Notes: generated from the letters alone by a model not told the origin. 64,000 nt of DNA from the human T2T-CHM13v2.0 reference genome, Homo sapiens (GCF_009914755.1 NC_060939.1), one strand, 5' to 3'. Positions 1 through 14,029 are shown, numbered from the stretch's first letter. Made by a program: numbers and translations.

Positions 1-19
1 ACAGCAAGACTCCATCTCA
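1..19 (+). mobile_element. 3' tip of an Alu running in from outside the window
   Basis: acagcaagactccatctca matches the Alu right-arm end; no poly(A) follows. Confidence 0.6.
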
Positions 20-78
20 GAATCTCTCACACTGGTTTATTACCCAAGTGATAATCCCTCATTAAGAATCCTATACCA

Positions 79-407
79 GGCTGGGTGCCGTGGCTCACAC
101 CTGTAATCTCAGTACTTTGGGAGGCTGAGGCGGGCAGATCACAAGGTCAGGAGATCGAGACTATCCTGTCTAACATGGTGAAACCCTGTCTTCACTAAAA
201 ATACAAAAGAAACAAAAATTAGCCAGGTGTGGTGGCGGGCGCCTGTACTCCCAGCTACTCGGGAGGCTGAGGCGGGAGAATGGTGTGAATCCGGGAGAAT
301 GGCGTGAACCCGGGAGAATGGCGGAGCTTGCAGTGAGCCAAGATAGTGCCACTGCCCTCCAGCCTGAGTGGCAGAGCGAGACTCCATCTCAAAAAAAAAA
401 AAAAAAA
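79..407 (+). mobile_element. Alu (AluY-like) with internal 19-bp tandem amplification
   Basis: Dimeric Alu with AluY diagnostics (gagatcgagac, gaatggcgtgaacccggg, gcggagcttgcag); poly(A); TSD aagaatcctatacca at 64-78 and 408-422. Confidence 0.95.
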
Positions 408-423
408 AAGAATCCTATACCAG

Positions 424-913
<490 letters not shown>

Positions 914-1625
914 CTAGCTGATCATATCCCAGAATTACTTAACAGAAGAATTCCAATTCTGAAAATCTGGTAAGTTTAAATACAAAAAATGAACAAGATT
1001 CTACCAAAGGTGTGCCATTCATATTGCAATCCCATCTCAGGACTAGGCCCCTCATGACAAACTCTGATGGAGTTTTTCAGCTTGAGCAGAAATAATATAG
1101 AATTTTCATAGCTTCAGATGCAGTAAAGCAATATCTAGAAGACGAAAAACTGTTATAGCTCCTAATTGCATTCAGGGGTCATTTGGAGAACTCAGCAAGT
1201 CTAGAATAATGAGCAGGAGGGTGATTTTTACTCTGTAGTTTATAACAGACTATTATCATTGTTATCTTTTACATTTTTGCCACACACCCATCACATGAAA
1301 TCTGATTCGTAGCAGTAACCAGCATTGTTATCATGTTCCCTGGAGATGCCATTTAACCGCAACCCTACCTAGTGCCAAAGCCTGAGTATGAAAATGAATA
1401 AGCCTTTCAGTAAGAACCTCCCCCTTTCCATTCAGGCCTCCCTACGCTCACTTTCCTTATGCTGCAGTTTACATCAGATATGGACCCAGTATTCTTAAAC
1501 TTTGATGAACTGGTACGCACCAATGAACTTGAACTCGTGACGATGCAGTGGAAGACGAGGAGATTCATACTTTCCTTCAGCCATCCACTAAAACTGCCCT
1601 CTGGTCTCTTTCCCACTCCTTATAG

Positions 1626-1626
<1 letters not shown>

Positions 1627-1660
<34 letters not shown>
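1627..1660. repeat. (TG)17 microsatellite
   Basis: Read directly. Confidence 0.98.
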
Positions 1661-1661
<1 letters not shown>

Positions 1662-1932
1662 CCTTCATTTTTTTCATTTTTTTCCTTTTAAAATTTTCTT
1701 CATTTTTTTTCTTTTTAAAACTTTGATTGAATATTCAGATTCCATTTTCTAAAAAACATATGTGCATGTATCAGGTCATATAAAAGGTCAAATGGTACCA
1801 AAAATCTTATAATAAAGAATAGCAGTCTCCTGTCTCATTTCTGCCCAGAGGCAACCACTTTCTACCCTTTTAACTATTTCTTCTGTTTCTTACCTCATAT
1901 TTCTAGATAATTCTCTTCTACTGTTATTTCTT

Positions 1933-2260
<328 letters not shown>

Positions 2261-2633
2261 CTCTTATACTGTTATTTCTTAATTTAGTTTTTCTCCTCTG
2301 TATTTGATCTATTGCCTTCTTATGGGACAACATGGAATTTAATACTCTTACATAAACTCCTCACCAAGTACATACATATATTTCCCATTTTCCCAATATT
2401 GAGTTTTTTATTAAATCACTTGTTGGTATTTATGTTATTCTAACTGTATGAATATAATTCATAGATAAGACACATAATGTACTTTGATTGCATTTTCTTT
2501 CATATAAAACTTCTGTTTTTTCTTGAGCTAATGATTGTCATTACTTTGATTTTCTGTGTACCTATCACTAATCCATGCCCAACTTTCTGTTAGTTATGAA
2601 ACTTTTTCAATTAATCAAATACACCATGTAGTC

Positions 2634-3091
2634 TGTATTAGTCAGGGTTCCCTAGAGGGACAGAATATATATATATATATATATATATTACATAAAATAT
2701 ATTAAGTATTAATTTACATGATGACAAGGTCCCACAATAGGCTGTCTGCAAGCTTGAGGAGCAAGGAGAGCGTCTGAGTCTCAAAACTGAAGAACTTGGA
2801 GTCCCATGTTCGAGGGCAGGAAACATCCAGCATGGGAGAAAGGTGTGGGCTGCGATGCTATGCCCGTCTTGCCTTTTCATTTTTTTCTGCTGTTTATATT
2901 CGCTGGCAGCTAATTAGATTGTGCCCACCAGATTAAGGTTGAGTCTGCCTTCCCCAGCCCACTGACTCAAATGTTAATCCCCTTTGGCAACACCCTCACA
3001 GACACACCCAGGATCAATGCTTTGCATCCTTCAATTCAATCAAGTTGTTATTACCCATTTCAATTCAATCAAGTTGTTATTACCCATCACA
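2634..3091 (-). mobile_element. MLT2A (HERV-L) solo LTR
   Basis: TG...CA termini (tgtattagtcagggtt...catcaca), internal (TA)n, MLT2A-type body; 5-bp TSD tagtc at 2629-2633 and 3092-3096. Confidence 0.9.
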
Positions 3092-4056
3092 TAGTCCGTA
3101 AATTCCTTCCTCCTTCTCCCTTGAATCAACCCCTTTTGAAGCCCTCTTCCCTCTAGCTCCAATCTGAACCATTTCCTCTTGAGGCCTACTACAAAACTGC
3201 CATCCTGAGACTTTCCATCACCATCATTCTGAAAATGCCCTTTACTTTTCTTCTGTGTTGAATCCCATTTTTTTTTCTGAATCTCATGTGTTCTTTTTAT
3301 TAGTTGTATTACCTATTTTTAATGCAGCCTTTATTCCAGTAAGTTTCTCAGAGAGGTTGCATGGTAGGTAAATGACACATGCAGGTCTAAAATGTTTTTC
3401 TCTATCTACATACTTGATTGATAGTTTGGTTGGGTATAGATATCTAATCTGGAAAAAGGTTTTATGCAGAAATTTGAAAGGATTGCACCATTGATTTCTG
3501 GTTTACAATGTTGCTATTGAGAAGTCTTAAAATAATCTAACCTTCAATCCTTTCTGTGACTTTTGTTCCCTTTTCACCGGAAAGTCTAGATTTCCTATTT
3601 GACACTAAAGTTCAGAAATGTTACAATGATATGGGTTTTTAAAAAAATTTACAGTTCTAAAACCTTTGAGAAATATGGGACTATGTAAAAAGACCAAACC
3701 TATGATTGAATGGAGTACCTGAAAGAGACAGGGAGAATGGAACCAAATTGGAAAACACACTTCAGGATATTATCCAGGAGAACATCTCCAACCTAGCAAG
3801 ACAGGCCAACATTCAAATTCAGGAAACACAGAAAACACCACTAAGATACTCCATGAGAAGATCAACTCCAAGACACATAATTGTCACATTCTCCAAAGTC
3901 GAAATGAAGGAATAAATGGTAAGGGCAGCCACAGAGAAGGGCCAGATCACCTACCAGGGGAAGCCCATCAGACTGACAGTGGACCTCTCAGCGAAACACT
4001 ACAAACCAGAAGAGAGTGGAGGCTAATATTTAACATTCTTAAAGAAAAGAATTTTC

Positions 4057-4175
4057 TTTTTTCTTTTTTTTTTTTAATTATACTTCAAGTTTTAGGGTAC
4101 ATGTGCACATTGTGCAGGTTAGTTACATATGTATACATGTGCCATGCTGGTGCACTGCACCCACTAACTGGTCAT
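4057..4175 (-). mobile_element. 119-bp 3' tip of a young L1 (L1PA2/L1PA3-like), antisense inside the older L1 ORF1
   Basis: poly(T) then ttatacttcaagttttagggtacatgtgcacattgtgcaggttagttac...cactaactggtcat; perfect 15-bp TSD aagaaaagaattttc at 4042-4056 and 4176-4190. Confidence 0.95.
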
Positions 4176-4441
4176 AAGAAAAGAATTTTCAACCCAGAAT
4201 TTTATATCCAGCCAAACTAAGCTTCATAAGTGTAGGAGAAATAAAATCCTTTCCAGACAAGCAAATGCAGAGGGATTATGTCACCACCAGACCTGCCTTG
4301 CAAGAGCTCCTGAAAGAAGCACTAAATATGGAAAGAAAAAGCTGCTACCAGCCACTGCAGAAACACACCAAAATATAAAGACCAATGACACTACGAAGAA
4401 AATGCATCAACTAGCGTGCAAAATAACCAGATGTCATCATG

Positions 4442-7400
4442 ATGACAAGATCAGATTCATACATAACAATATTAACCTTAAATGTAAATGGGCTAAATGC
4501 CCCAATTAAAAGACACAGACTGGTAAATTGGGTAAACAGTCAAGACCCATCAGTGTGCTGTATTCAGGAGACCCAGCTCACATGCAAAGACACATTTAAG
4601 CTCAAAATAAAGGGATGGGAAAAAAAACTTACCAAGCAAATGGAAAGCAAAAAGAAAAAAAAGGCAGTGGTTGCAATCCTAGCCTCTGAAAAAAGAGACT
4701 TTAAACCAACAAAGATAAAAAAAGACAAAGAAGGGCATTACATAATGGTAAAGGGATCAATTAAACAAGAAGAGCTAACTATCCTAAATATATGTGCACT
4801 CAATACAGGAGCACTAAGATTCAAAAAACAAGTTATTAGAGACCTACAAAAAGATTTAGAATCACACACAATAATAATGGGAGACTTTACCACCCCACTG
4901 TCAATATTAGACAGATCAACGAGACAGAAAATTAACAAGGATATTCAGGACTTAAACTCAGCTCTGGATCAAGAGGATCTAATGGACATCTACAGAACTC
5001 TCCACAATAAAATATACCTTCAACAGAATATACATTCTTCTGAGTAGCTACATGGCACTTATTCTAAAATTGACCACATAATTGAAAGTAAAACATTCCT
5101 CAGCCAATGCAAAAGAACAGAAATCATAACAAACAGTCTCTCGGACAACAGTGCAATCAAATTAGAACTCAGTGCAATCAGAACAGTGCATCAAATTAGA
5201 AACTCACTCAAAACCACACAACTACATGGAAATTGAACAGCCTGCTCCTGAATGACTACTGGGTAAATAATGAAATTAAGTCAGAAATCAAGAAGTTATT
5301 TGCAACCAATGAGAACAGAGAGACAATGTACCAGAATCTCTGGGACACAGCTAAAGCAGTGTTCAGAGGGAAATTTATAGCACTAAATGCCCATATCAGA
5401 AAGCTAGAAAGATTTCAAACTGACACCCTAACATCACAATTAAAAGAGCTATAGAAGAAAGAGCAAACAAATCCAAAAGCTAGCAGAAGACAAGAAATAA
5501 CTAATATCGGAGCATAACTGAAGGAGATAGAGACATGAAAAACCACTCATGAAATCAGTGAATCTGGCCTGATTCTGATGTGTAAGAAGAGTTTGGGGCT
5601 GGGCGCTTTGGCTCACACCTGTAATCCCAGCGCTTTGGGAGGCAGAGGCAGGCAGATCATGAGGTCAGGAGATCGAGACCATCCTGGCCAACATGGTGAA
5701 ACTCTGTCTCTACTAAAAATACAAAAATTATCTGGGCATGGTGGTGCGTGCCTGTAATCCCAGCTACTTGGGAGGCTGAGGCAGGAAAATCACTTGAACC
5801 AGGGTGTCAGAGGTTGCAGTGAGCTGAGATCGTGCCACTGCACTCCAGCCTGGTGACAGAGTGAGACTCCATCAAAAAAAATTAAATAAATAAATAAGTC
5901 TATGAAACCAGAAGCTGGTTTTTTGAAAAGATTAACAAAATAGATAGACTGCTAGTTAGATTAATAAAGAAGAAAAGAGACAAGAATCAAATAGACACAA
6001 TAAAAAATGACAAAGTGGTCACTACTGACCCCAGAGAAATACAAACTACCATTAGAGAATACTATAAACACCTCTACGCAAATAAACTAGAAAACCCAGA
6101 AGAAATGGATAAATTCCTGGACACATACACCCACCCAAGACTAAACCAGGAAGAAGCTGAATTCCTGAATAGAGCAATAACAAGTTCTGAAATTAAGGCA
6201 GTAATAGCCTACCAACCAAAAAGAGCCCAGGACCAGACAGAGTCACTGCTGAATTCTACCAAAGATACAAAGAGTCGCTGGTACCATTCCTTGTGAAATT
6301 ATTCCAAACAATTGAAAAGGAGGCTCCTTCCTAACTCATTTTATGAGGCCAGCATCATCCTGATACCAAAACCTGGCAGAGGCAGAACAAAAAAAGAAAT
6401 CTTCAGGCCAATATCCCTGATGAACATCTATGCAAACATCCTCAATAAAATACTGGCAAACCAAATCCAGCAACACATCAAAAAGCTTATCCACCATGAT
6501 CAAGTCAGCATCATCCCTGGGATACAAGGCTGGTTCAACATAGCAAATCAATAAATGTAATCCATCACATAACAGAACCAATGACAAAAACCACATGGTC
6601 ATCTCAATAGATGCAGAAAAGGCCTCTGATAAAATTCAACATCCCTTCATGTTAAAAACTCTCAATAAACTAGGTACTGATGGTATGTATCTCAAAATAA
6701 TAAGAGCTATTTATGACACACCCACAGCCAATATCATACTAAATGGGGAAAAACTGGAGGCATTCCCTTTGAAAACTGGTGCAAGACAAGGATGTCCTCT
6801 CTCACTACTCCTATTCAACGTAGTATTGGAAGTTCTGGCCAGGGCAATCAGGCAAGAGAAAGAAATAAAGGGTATTCAAATAGGAGGAGAGGAAGCCAAA
6901 TTGTCTCTGATGGCAGGTGACATTCTATATTTAGAAAACCCCATCATCTCAGCCCCAAAACTCCTTAAGCTGATACGCAACTTCAGCAGTCTCAAGATAC
7001 AAAATTGATGTGCAAAAATCACAAGCATTCCTATACACCAACAACAGACAAGCAGAGAGCCAAATCATGAATGAACTCTCATTCACAATTGCTACAAAGA
7101 GAATAAAACACCTAGGAATACAGCTAACAAGGGATGTTAAGGACCTCTTCAAGGAGAACTACAAACCACTGCTCAAGGAAATAAGAGAAAACACAAACAA
7201 ATGGAAAAACATTCCATCCTCATGAATAAAAAGAATCAGTATCTTGAAAATGGCCATGCTGCCCAAAGTAATTTATAGCTTCAATGCTATTCTCATCAAG
7301 ATATTATTCACAGAATTAGAAAAAACTACTTTAAATTTCACAGGGAACCATAAAAGAGCCCCTATAGCCAAGATAATCCTAAGCAAAACGAACAAAGCTA

Positions 7401-8615
7401 GACGCATCATGCTACCTGACTTCAAACTATACTACAAGGCCACAGTAACCAAAACAGCATAGTAACCAAAACAGATATAGAGACCAATGGAACAGAACAA
7501 AGACCTCAGAAATAACACCACACATCTACAACCATGTGATCTTTGACAAGCTGGACAAAAACAAGCAAGGGGGAAAGAATTCCCTATTAATAAATGGTGC
7601 TGGGAAAAGTGGCTAGCCATATGCAGAAAACTGAAACTGGACCCCTTCCTTATATCATATAAAAAAATTAACTCAAGATGGATTAAAGACTTAAACATAA
7701 GACCTAAAACCATAAAAACCCTAGAAGAAAACCTAGGCAATACCATGCAGGACATAGGCAAGGACAAAGACTTCATGAGAAAATGCCAAAAGCAATTGCA
7801 ACAAAAGTCAAATTGACAAATGGGATGTAATTAAACTAAAGAGCTTTCGCACAGCAAAAGAAACTATCATCAGAGTGAACAGGCAACCTACAGAATGGGA
7901 GAACATTTTTTGCAATTTACCCATCTGACAAAGGTCTAATATCTGGAATTTACAAGGAACTTAAACAAATTTACAAGAAAAAAAAGCACCATCAAAAAGT
8001 GGGCAAAGGATATGAACAGCTCTAAAAATAAAACATTTATTAGACCAACAGACATGAAAAAAAGCTCAACATCACTGATCATTAGAGAAATGAGAATCAA
8101 AACCACAATGAGATACCATCTCACCCCAGTCAGAATGGAAATTATTAAAAAGTCAAAAAACAATAGATACTGGCAAGGCTGTGGAGAAACAGGAATGCTA
8201 TTATATGGTTGGTGGGGATGTAAATTAGTTCAACCACTGTGGATGACAGTGTGGCAATTCCTCAAGGATCTAGAACCAGAAATACCATTTGATGCAGCAA
8301 TCTCATTACTAGTTATGTACCCAAAGGAATATAAACCATTCTAATCATTCTACTATAAAGACACATGCATGTATGTTTATTGCAGCACTATTTACAATAG
8401 CAAAGACGTGGAACCAACCCAAATGCCCATGAATGACAGACTGGATAAAGCAAATGTGGTATACATACACCACGGAATACTATGCAGCCATAAAAAGGAA
8501 TGAGATCATTTCCTTTGCAGGGACATGGATGAAGCTGGAAGCCATCATCCTTAGCAAACTAACACAGGAACAGAAAACCAAACACCACATGTTCTCACTC
8601 ATAAGTGGGAATTGA
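4442..8615 (+). pseudogene. Degraded L1 ORF2 (endonuclease/reverse transcriptase)
   Basis: Frameshifted fragments 4439-5047, 6015-6296, 6312-6554, 6595-7008, 7010-7225, 8012-8344, 8433-8615; RT motif reads MAGD instead of FADD. Confidence 0.92.
5597..5895 (+). mobile_element. AluSc inside L1 ORF2
   Basis: gagatcgagaccatcctggccaac and the cctggtgacag 1-bp deletion typical of AluSc; (taaa)n tail. Confidence 0.93.
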
Positions 8616-9794
8616 ACAGTGGGAACACATGAACACAGGGAGGGGAACGTCACATATCAGGGTCAGTCGGTGGGTGGGGGGCGAGGGGAGGAAGAGCATT
8701 AGGACAAATACCTAACACATATGGGGCTTAAAACCTAGATGACTGGTTGATAGGTGCAGCAAATCACTATGGCACACATATATCTATGTGACAAACCTAC
8801 ACATTCTGCACTTGTATCCCAGAACTTAAAATAAAATAATAATAAATTTAAAAAATAAAAATAAAAACAGTTGAAAAAAAATTTACTGTTCTGGGAACTT
8901 GGTAGACCCTTTCAACCTAGAGACTTGTATCTTTCAGTTGTGGAAAGTTCTCTCATATTATTTCTTTGATAATCCCTTCTTCTTCATTTTCTGTTCTCTT
9001 CTTGTGACATTTATTTTGGTTGAGGCTAGATCTTGTGGATGAATACTCTAATCATTTTATCTTTTCCTTCTCATTTTTTATCACTTCTTTTAGGTTTCTT
9101 CAACTTTATCTTCCAATCCTTATTTTGAATGTTTTTACTTCTGCTCTCATACTTTAACTTACAAACAAGTTTCCTTGTTCCTTAAAGTTCTCATAATGCA
9201 TTTTCTTCTTTATTTTTCTGAGGATTTTTTTTCCTGAAAGTTTCTACTTGCTAAATTCTCTTTTCAAAAAATATTTGTTGGATTTAGTCTCTTTTTTATA
9301 TTAGAAGAATCTGGTAAGCCTTCATTCTCTGTTTATATTTAAACAAGGCACTAAAGAGCTGATAAAAAGCATTTTGGGTAATTCATATGTTTGGTCAGAG
9401 TTTGATAACTGCTTGGCCTTACTGTAGTATGACCAGGAATATTTACTGGGTATGCCAACTGTTAGTGCCTGTAGGTTTTTTTTTCCTAAGCCAGTCAGAT
9501 TTTCCAGATAAATCCCTCTATTGCCTGCCTGGCTGCAAGTGTTCTATCCGCCATGTAAGGAAAGGAAACTCAGGTTCACACTCCTCAGGCCGCAGATCGT
9601 CATTAATCCCTCAACTTTCAATACTGTTTCTCACACATATTCTCATATGCGTCTTGGGTTATTTAATCCCAAACCCTGCTGGTTAAACCTCTTTAAAAGG
9701 TATGCTTTATTTCAACTTTCTGCCAGAGGAGATGGAGGAGTCACAGCTGAACTGATTTGAGGAGGAATCAGGAAATCTAATTCTTCCTTTATAG

Positions 9795-10161
<367 letters not shown>

Positions 10162-10599
10162 CAATTCCTGAGTTTTTCTTAGGTTCATCAGCAAGAATCC
10201 ACTTGTTTCCTTTCATCCCACGTCCTACAAGTGCACTTAATTTTTTGGCTTTCCCTCCTTTACTAAGTCATAATGTCTTTTAAATTTTGATGAAATCTCT
10301 TTTACACTTCACATCTTGTTTCTCTGTTGGATGAGTTTAAATCTTTGTCACTTCTTTACTGTCAATTTAGTTGAGTTGGGGGAGATGATTCATGTGTTTC
10401 ACCCACCATGTTGACTGCAGATGCCTTGGTCCTCTTTCCGCCATGCTTTGTTAATGACTAATATTCTCTCAGTATGAGTATATGCCAGGGGATAATAAGA
10501 AATACAAGAAGGTATAATATATATATAATTACTTTATACATATACATTAGAAAACCCTTAAACAAATTAACACAAATTTTAAAAATATCATAAAGTCCT

Positions 10600-10830
10600 A
10601 ATTAGGTACTATATATGATTAAGTGAAAGGAAGTGATATATAGCTAACCACTGCAGGTATTCAAAATTGAGAAAAATCTCCTTCACCAAGAAAGTGAAGG
10701 CAGGTTTCACTAAACATGTAGGACTTAAATTTCACAGAATTTGCAAAACTTTTGAGAGAAGGGAATTCCAGGCGAGAATATAGAAAACATAGAGAAGGCA
10801 TGGGGAATGAGAAATGAATTTGGTAAGAAC
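10600..10830 (-). mobile_element. Possible highly decayed L2 fragment
   Basis: Purine-rich L2-like wording (gagagaagggaattccaggcgag...aaggcatggg). Confidence 0.35.
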
Positions 10831-11359
10831 AGAAGACTCATGCAAGGAAACTATAACTTGGTTATCATCAATTTCACCACTTAGGTGAAAAATATGCTAA
10901 GAAAAATATAAATAATAATTTTTAAAAAGCATTGTGCTGAGACTCCAGGTTGTGGTCCTCGCTGGACCTTGAACTTAATATATAATTAGGATGAGTCACT
11001 TACTGCCTCACATTCAACTTCCTACCCATAGTTTGTGAATTCAATATAACAGGACTGCCCTTTCTTCTTTATAGTGGAACTCCCAGGTACAACAATTAGC
11101 CTCTGCTAGAAGAATTAGCAGATGAAGGAGAAGATTCTATAATACCTGCTTTCTGAATACTGTATACAGAAGATTTGTGTATCAACATGGCTAAAAGTTA
11201 AAAAAAACAAAAACTAAAACTAAAAGCAGGTAGGTGGACTACAACTACAAAGACTATGGTAATGAACTTTTAGAAAGAGAGAAACTGAACACAGTATAAA
11301 AGATTCTCTGGGACAGCAAATATGCTGAAGGTTGTACCTACATAAGAGTTCAGAGTATA

Positions 11360-11982
11360 GTATTTGCACTCCTGTGTCTATTGCAGCACTATTCGCAATA
11401 ACCAAGATATGGAATCAACTTAAGCGTCTATCAACACATGAATGCATAAAGAAAATGTAGAAATATATATATATATATATATATACAATGAAATATTATT
11501 CATCCATATAAAATAATGAAATCCTGTCATTTGCAGCAACGTCGAGGGAACTGTAGGACATTATGTTAAGTGAAATAAGCCAGGCACAGAAAGATAAATA
11601 TCACATGCTCTCATACATTGTGGGACCTAAAAAAAAAGCTGATCTCATGGAGGTAGAGGGTAAAATGGTGATTACCAGAGTGTGGAAAGGGTTGGGGGCA
11701 CAGTGGAATGAAAAGAAGTTGGTTAATTGGTTTCAAAAATACAGTTACAAGAAATAAGGTGTTTAACAGCACAGGAAGGTGTCTATAGTCAACAATAATT
11801 TATCGTGTATTTCAAAATAGCTAGTAGAGAAGATTTGGAATGCTCCCAATGCAAATAAATAATAAATGTTTGAGGTGATAGATATCCCAATTACCTTGAT
11901 TTGATTATTGCACATTGTATGCATGTATCAAAGTATCACATATAACCCCACAAATTTGTACAATTATTATGTATCAATAAAA
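11360..11982 (+). mobile_element. L1MA (L1MA3-5-like) 3' end
   Basis: ORF2 tail (MLSEISQAQKDKYHM) plus L1MA 3' UTR; TSD aagagttcaga(g/a)tata at 11344-11359 and 11983-11998. Confidence 0.9.
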
Positions 11983-12782
11983 AAGAGTTCAGAATATAAC
12001 TTAGCACAGCATTAATGCATACTATCAAAAGAAGAAAAAGAAACAGGAAGAAACAATTCAATCTGGAACACTGTACATTTATAAGAAACTAAAATATAAT
12101 TAATTTATTATCAGAAATGGCTTATAGCTATTTAGTGGGAGAGAAAGATTTGTAAATATATGAAATTATAAATACTGTTTATGGCATGCCAATATCTTCC
12201 AAAATGTACTAAAATCTGGATAACCAATCTGAACACTAGTAACTTTTGAGTTTTGTTCCTTTTTTTTTCTTTATTCTTCCTCCTACCCCAGACCCTTCCA
12301 GGACCCTTCAATATTCACAGGTTAATATTCCTCCTTCCATTTTCTTTTAGTTTTCTTGTTTATTTTGTTTTGAAAGATACCAAGAAATCCTTTGTATCAA
12401 ACTCCCACGGCACCTCCCCAAATGGATGGATACTTGCCTTTTCCTTGGAAATGCTGAGAATAGCTAGATGTTTCCCTAGTGACCTTGCAAAGAAGCTGCC
12501 TTTTTCAGCAAGGTGTAAGAAGGACCTTGCTTCTATGAAGTGACCGACTGCCCTATCCCTGCTGAGACTCGCTACAGGAGCACAGCTCTTCCACTAGCAG
12601 CAACAGATGCAGTTGCCAAAGGCAGGCTCAATGCCGCACAGTGGCCAGAGAGAGGTCCAAGAAAGCCAAATTTGAAGTCACTTTCTTCACATCTGAAGAG
12701 AAACTGTGTTCCTAAATTACATCTTTATTTACAGAAAAAGCCAACTGTCTGTAATTACTGTCAGTGCATTTTTCATGTGTGT

Positions 12783-12943
12783 TGTGCTGGATGCCTTCTA
12801 CTTGCCCTTCCAGATCCACTCTCCATTGTACTCTGTGCCTTGCTAGGCTGACCTACGAGGACCACATAAACAAGACTACCCTGCCCTCTGGCCTCCCACT
12901 GGGTTTTGGCCAGTGAGAGCGTTGGCAGGATATCAGAGGGTGG

Positions 12944-12998
<55 letters not shown>

Positions 12999-13333
12999 GT
13001 GTAGTCTTCTGGTCTCCTCCCTGTGAGGTGGCCCTGGGTTGGACATGTCCTTTCATCTAGGGTCAGTGTGCCTCTCCCAGTGACCTTCTCCACACCATTT
13101 TTTGTTCAGGCCCAGGAACTGCTCCTTCTTCTGACCCTTCCAGATCTAGGTGTAGGGACACTTCACACTTTATCCACAGCCCGTAGCCTCAGGTGGCTGC
13201 ATGGTATCTTGTGATTCCATTATGCTCCATCCCCCACCGCACACACACCTTTACAAACAGTCTTTTTGTAAACAAACTCTCCTGGAATCTTCTTACTTTG
13301 CGTCTGCCATCTGTTTTTGGCTAGAAACTGACA
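12783..13333 (+). mobile_element. LTR33-like (ERVL) solo LTR
   Basis: tgtgctggatgcc...ccagatccactctcc...gccctctggcctccca...tgccatctgttt...ctgaca matches the recalled LTR33 layout. Confidence 0.75.
12947..12994. repeat. (GA)n microsatellite, about 24 units, within LTR33
   Basis: Read directly. Confidence 0.97.
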
Positions 13334-13363
13334 GAGGTAATCACTCAAGAAACAAATCTATTC

Positions 13364-13713
<350 letters not shown>

Positions 13714-13809
13714 TTATTTAAAACGTTTATACTTGAAAAAATGTTAAAATATTATTAATATAGCAAGTAAAAACATTCCAGCTTTGAAGTCAGAGAAAGG
13801 TTAGTTCGA

Positions 13810-13905
13810 GTTTAAACAACTGAGGCTCTGAAAGTTTTGAGTATCTTGTCCAAGGACACACAGTTTATAAGAGGAATATCTGGAACTTGAACCATCTGAG
13901 CCTAC
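13810..13905 (-). mobile_element. MIR fragment
   Basis: aactgaggctctgaaag...cttgtccaaggacacacag core. Confidence 0.7.
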
Positions 13906-14029
13906 CAACATACTTTTCAGCTACCCAGTCTTTAAGACCAAATTCAAGTTCATTGTCTGGATTAAGCTTCCTTCAGAATAATTAATCATTAGCTAATAAA
14001 TATTTATATTATTATTATGATTGTTTTTA

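Larger units (their letters stand above)
3659..8874 (+). mobile_element. 5'-truncated LINE-1 (L1PA8/L1PA10-like), starts mid-ORF1; ORFs disrupted
   Basis: ORF1 C-half, EN (MTRSDSYITILTLNVNGLNAPIKR), RT and C-terminal fragments in the ORF track; 3' UTR with ggggcttaaaacctagatga; A-rich tail; 18-bp TSD aaaaaaatttac(a/t)gttct at 3641-3658 and 8875-8892. Confidence 0.96.

Noticed and set aside
273-323. Short direct repeats as a CRISPR-like array (also 3030-3087, 23389-23432, 63229-63272)
   Set aside because: Head-to-tail duplications without unique spacers, in primate DNA with no cas genes.
5549-5580. C/D-box-like words (atga, ctga, tgatg) upstream of the AluSc
   Set aside because: No proper RUGAUGA C box, terminal stem or adequate length for a snoRNA.
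8668-8692. G-quadruplex-like run
   Set aside because: Ordinary G-rich tract of the L1 3' UTR.
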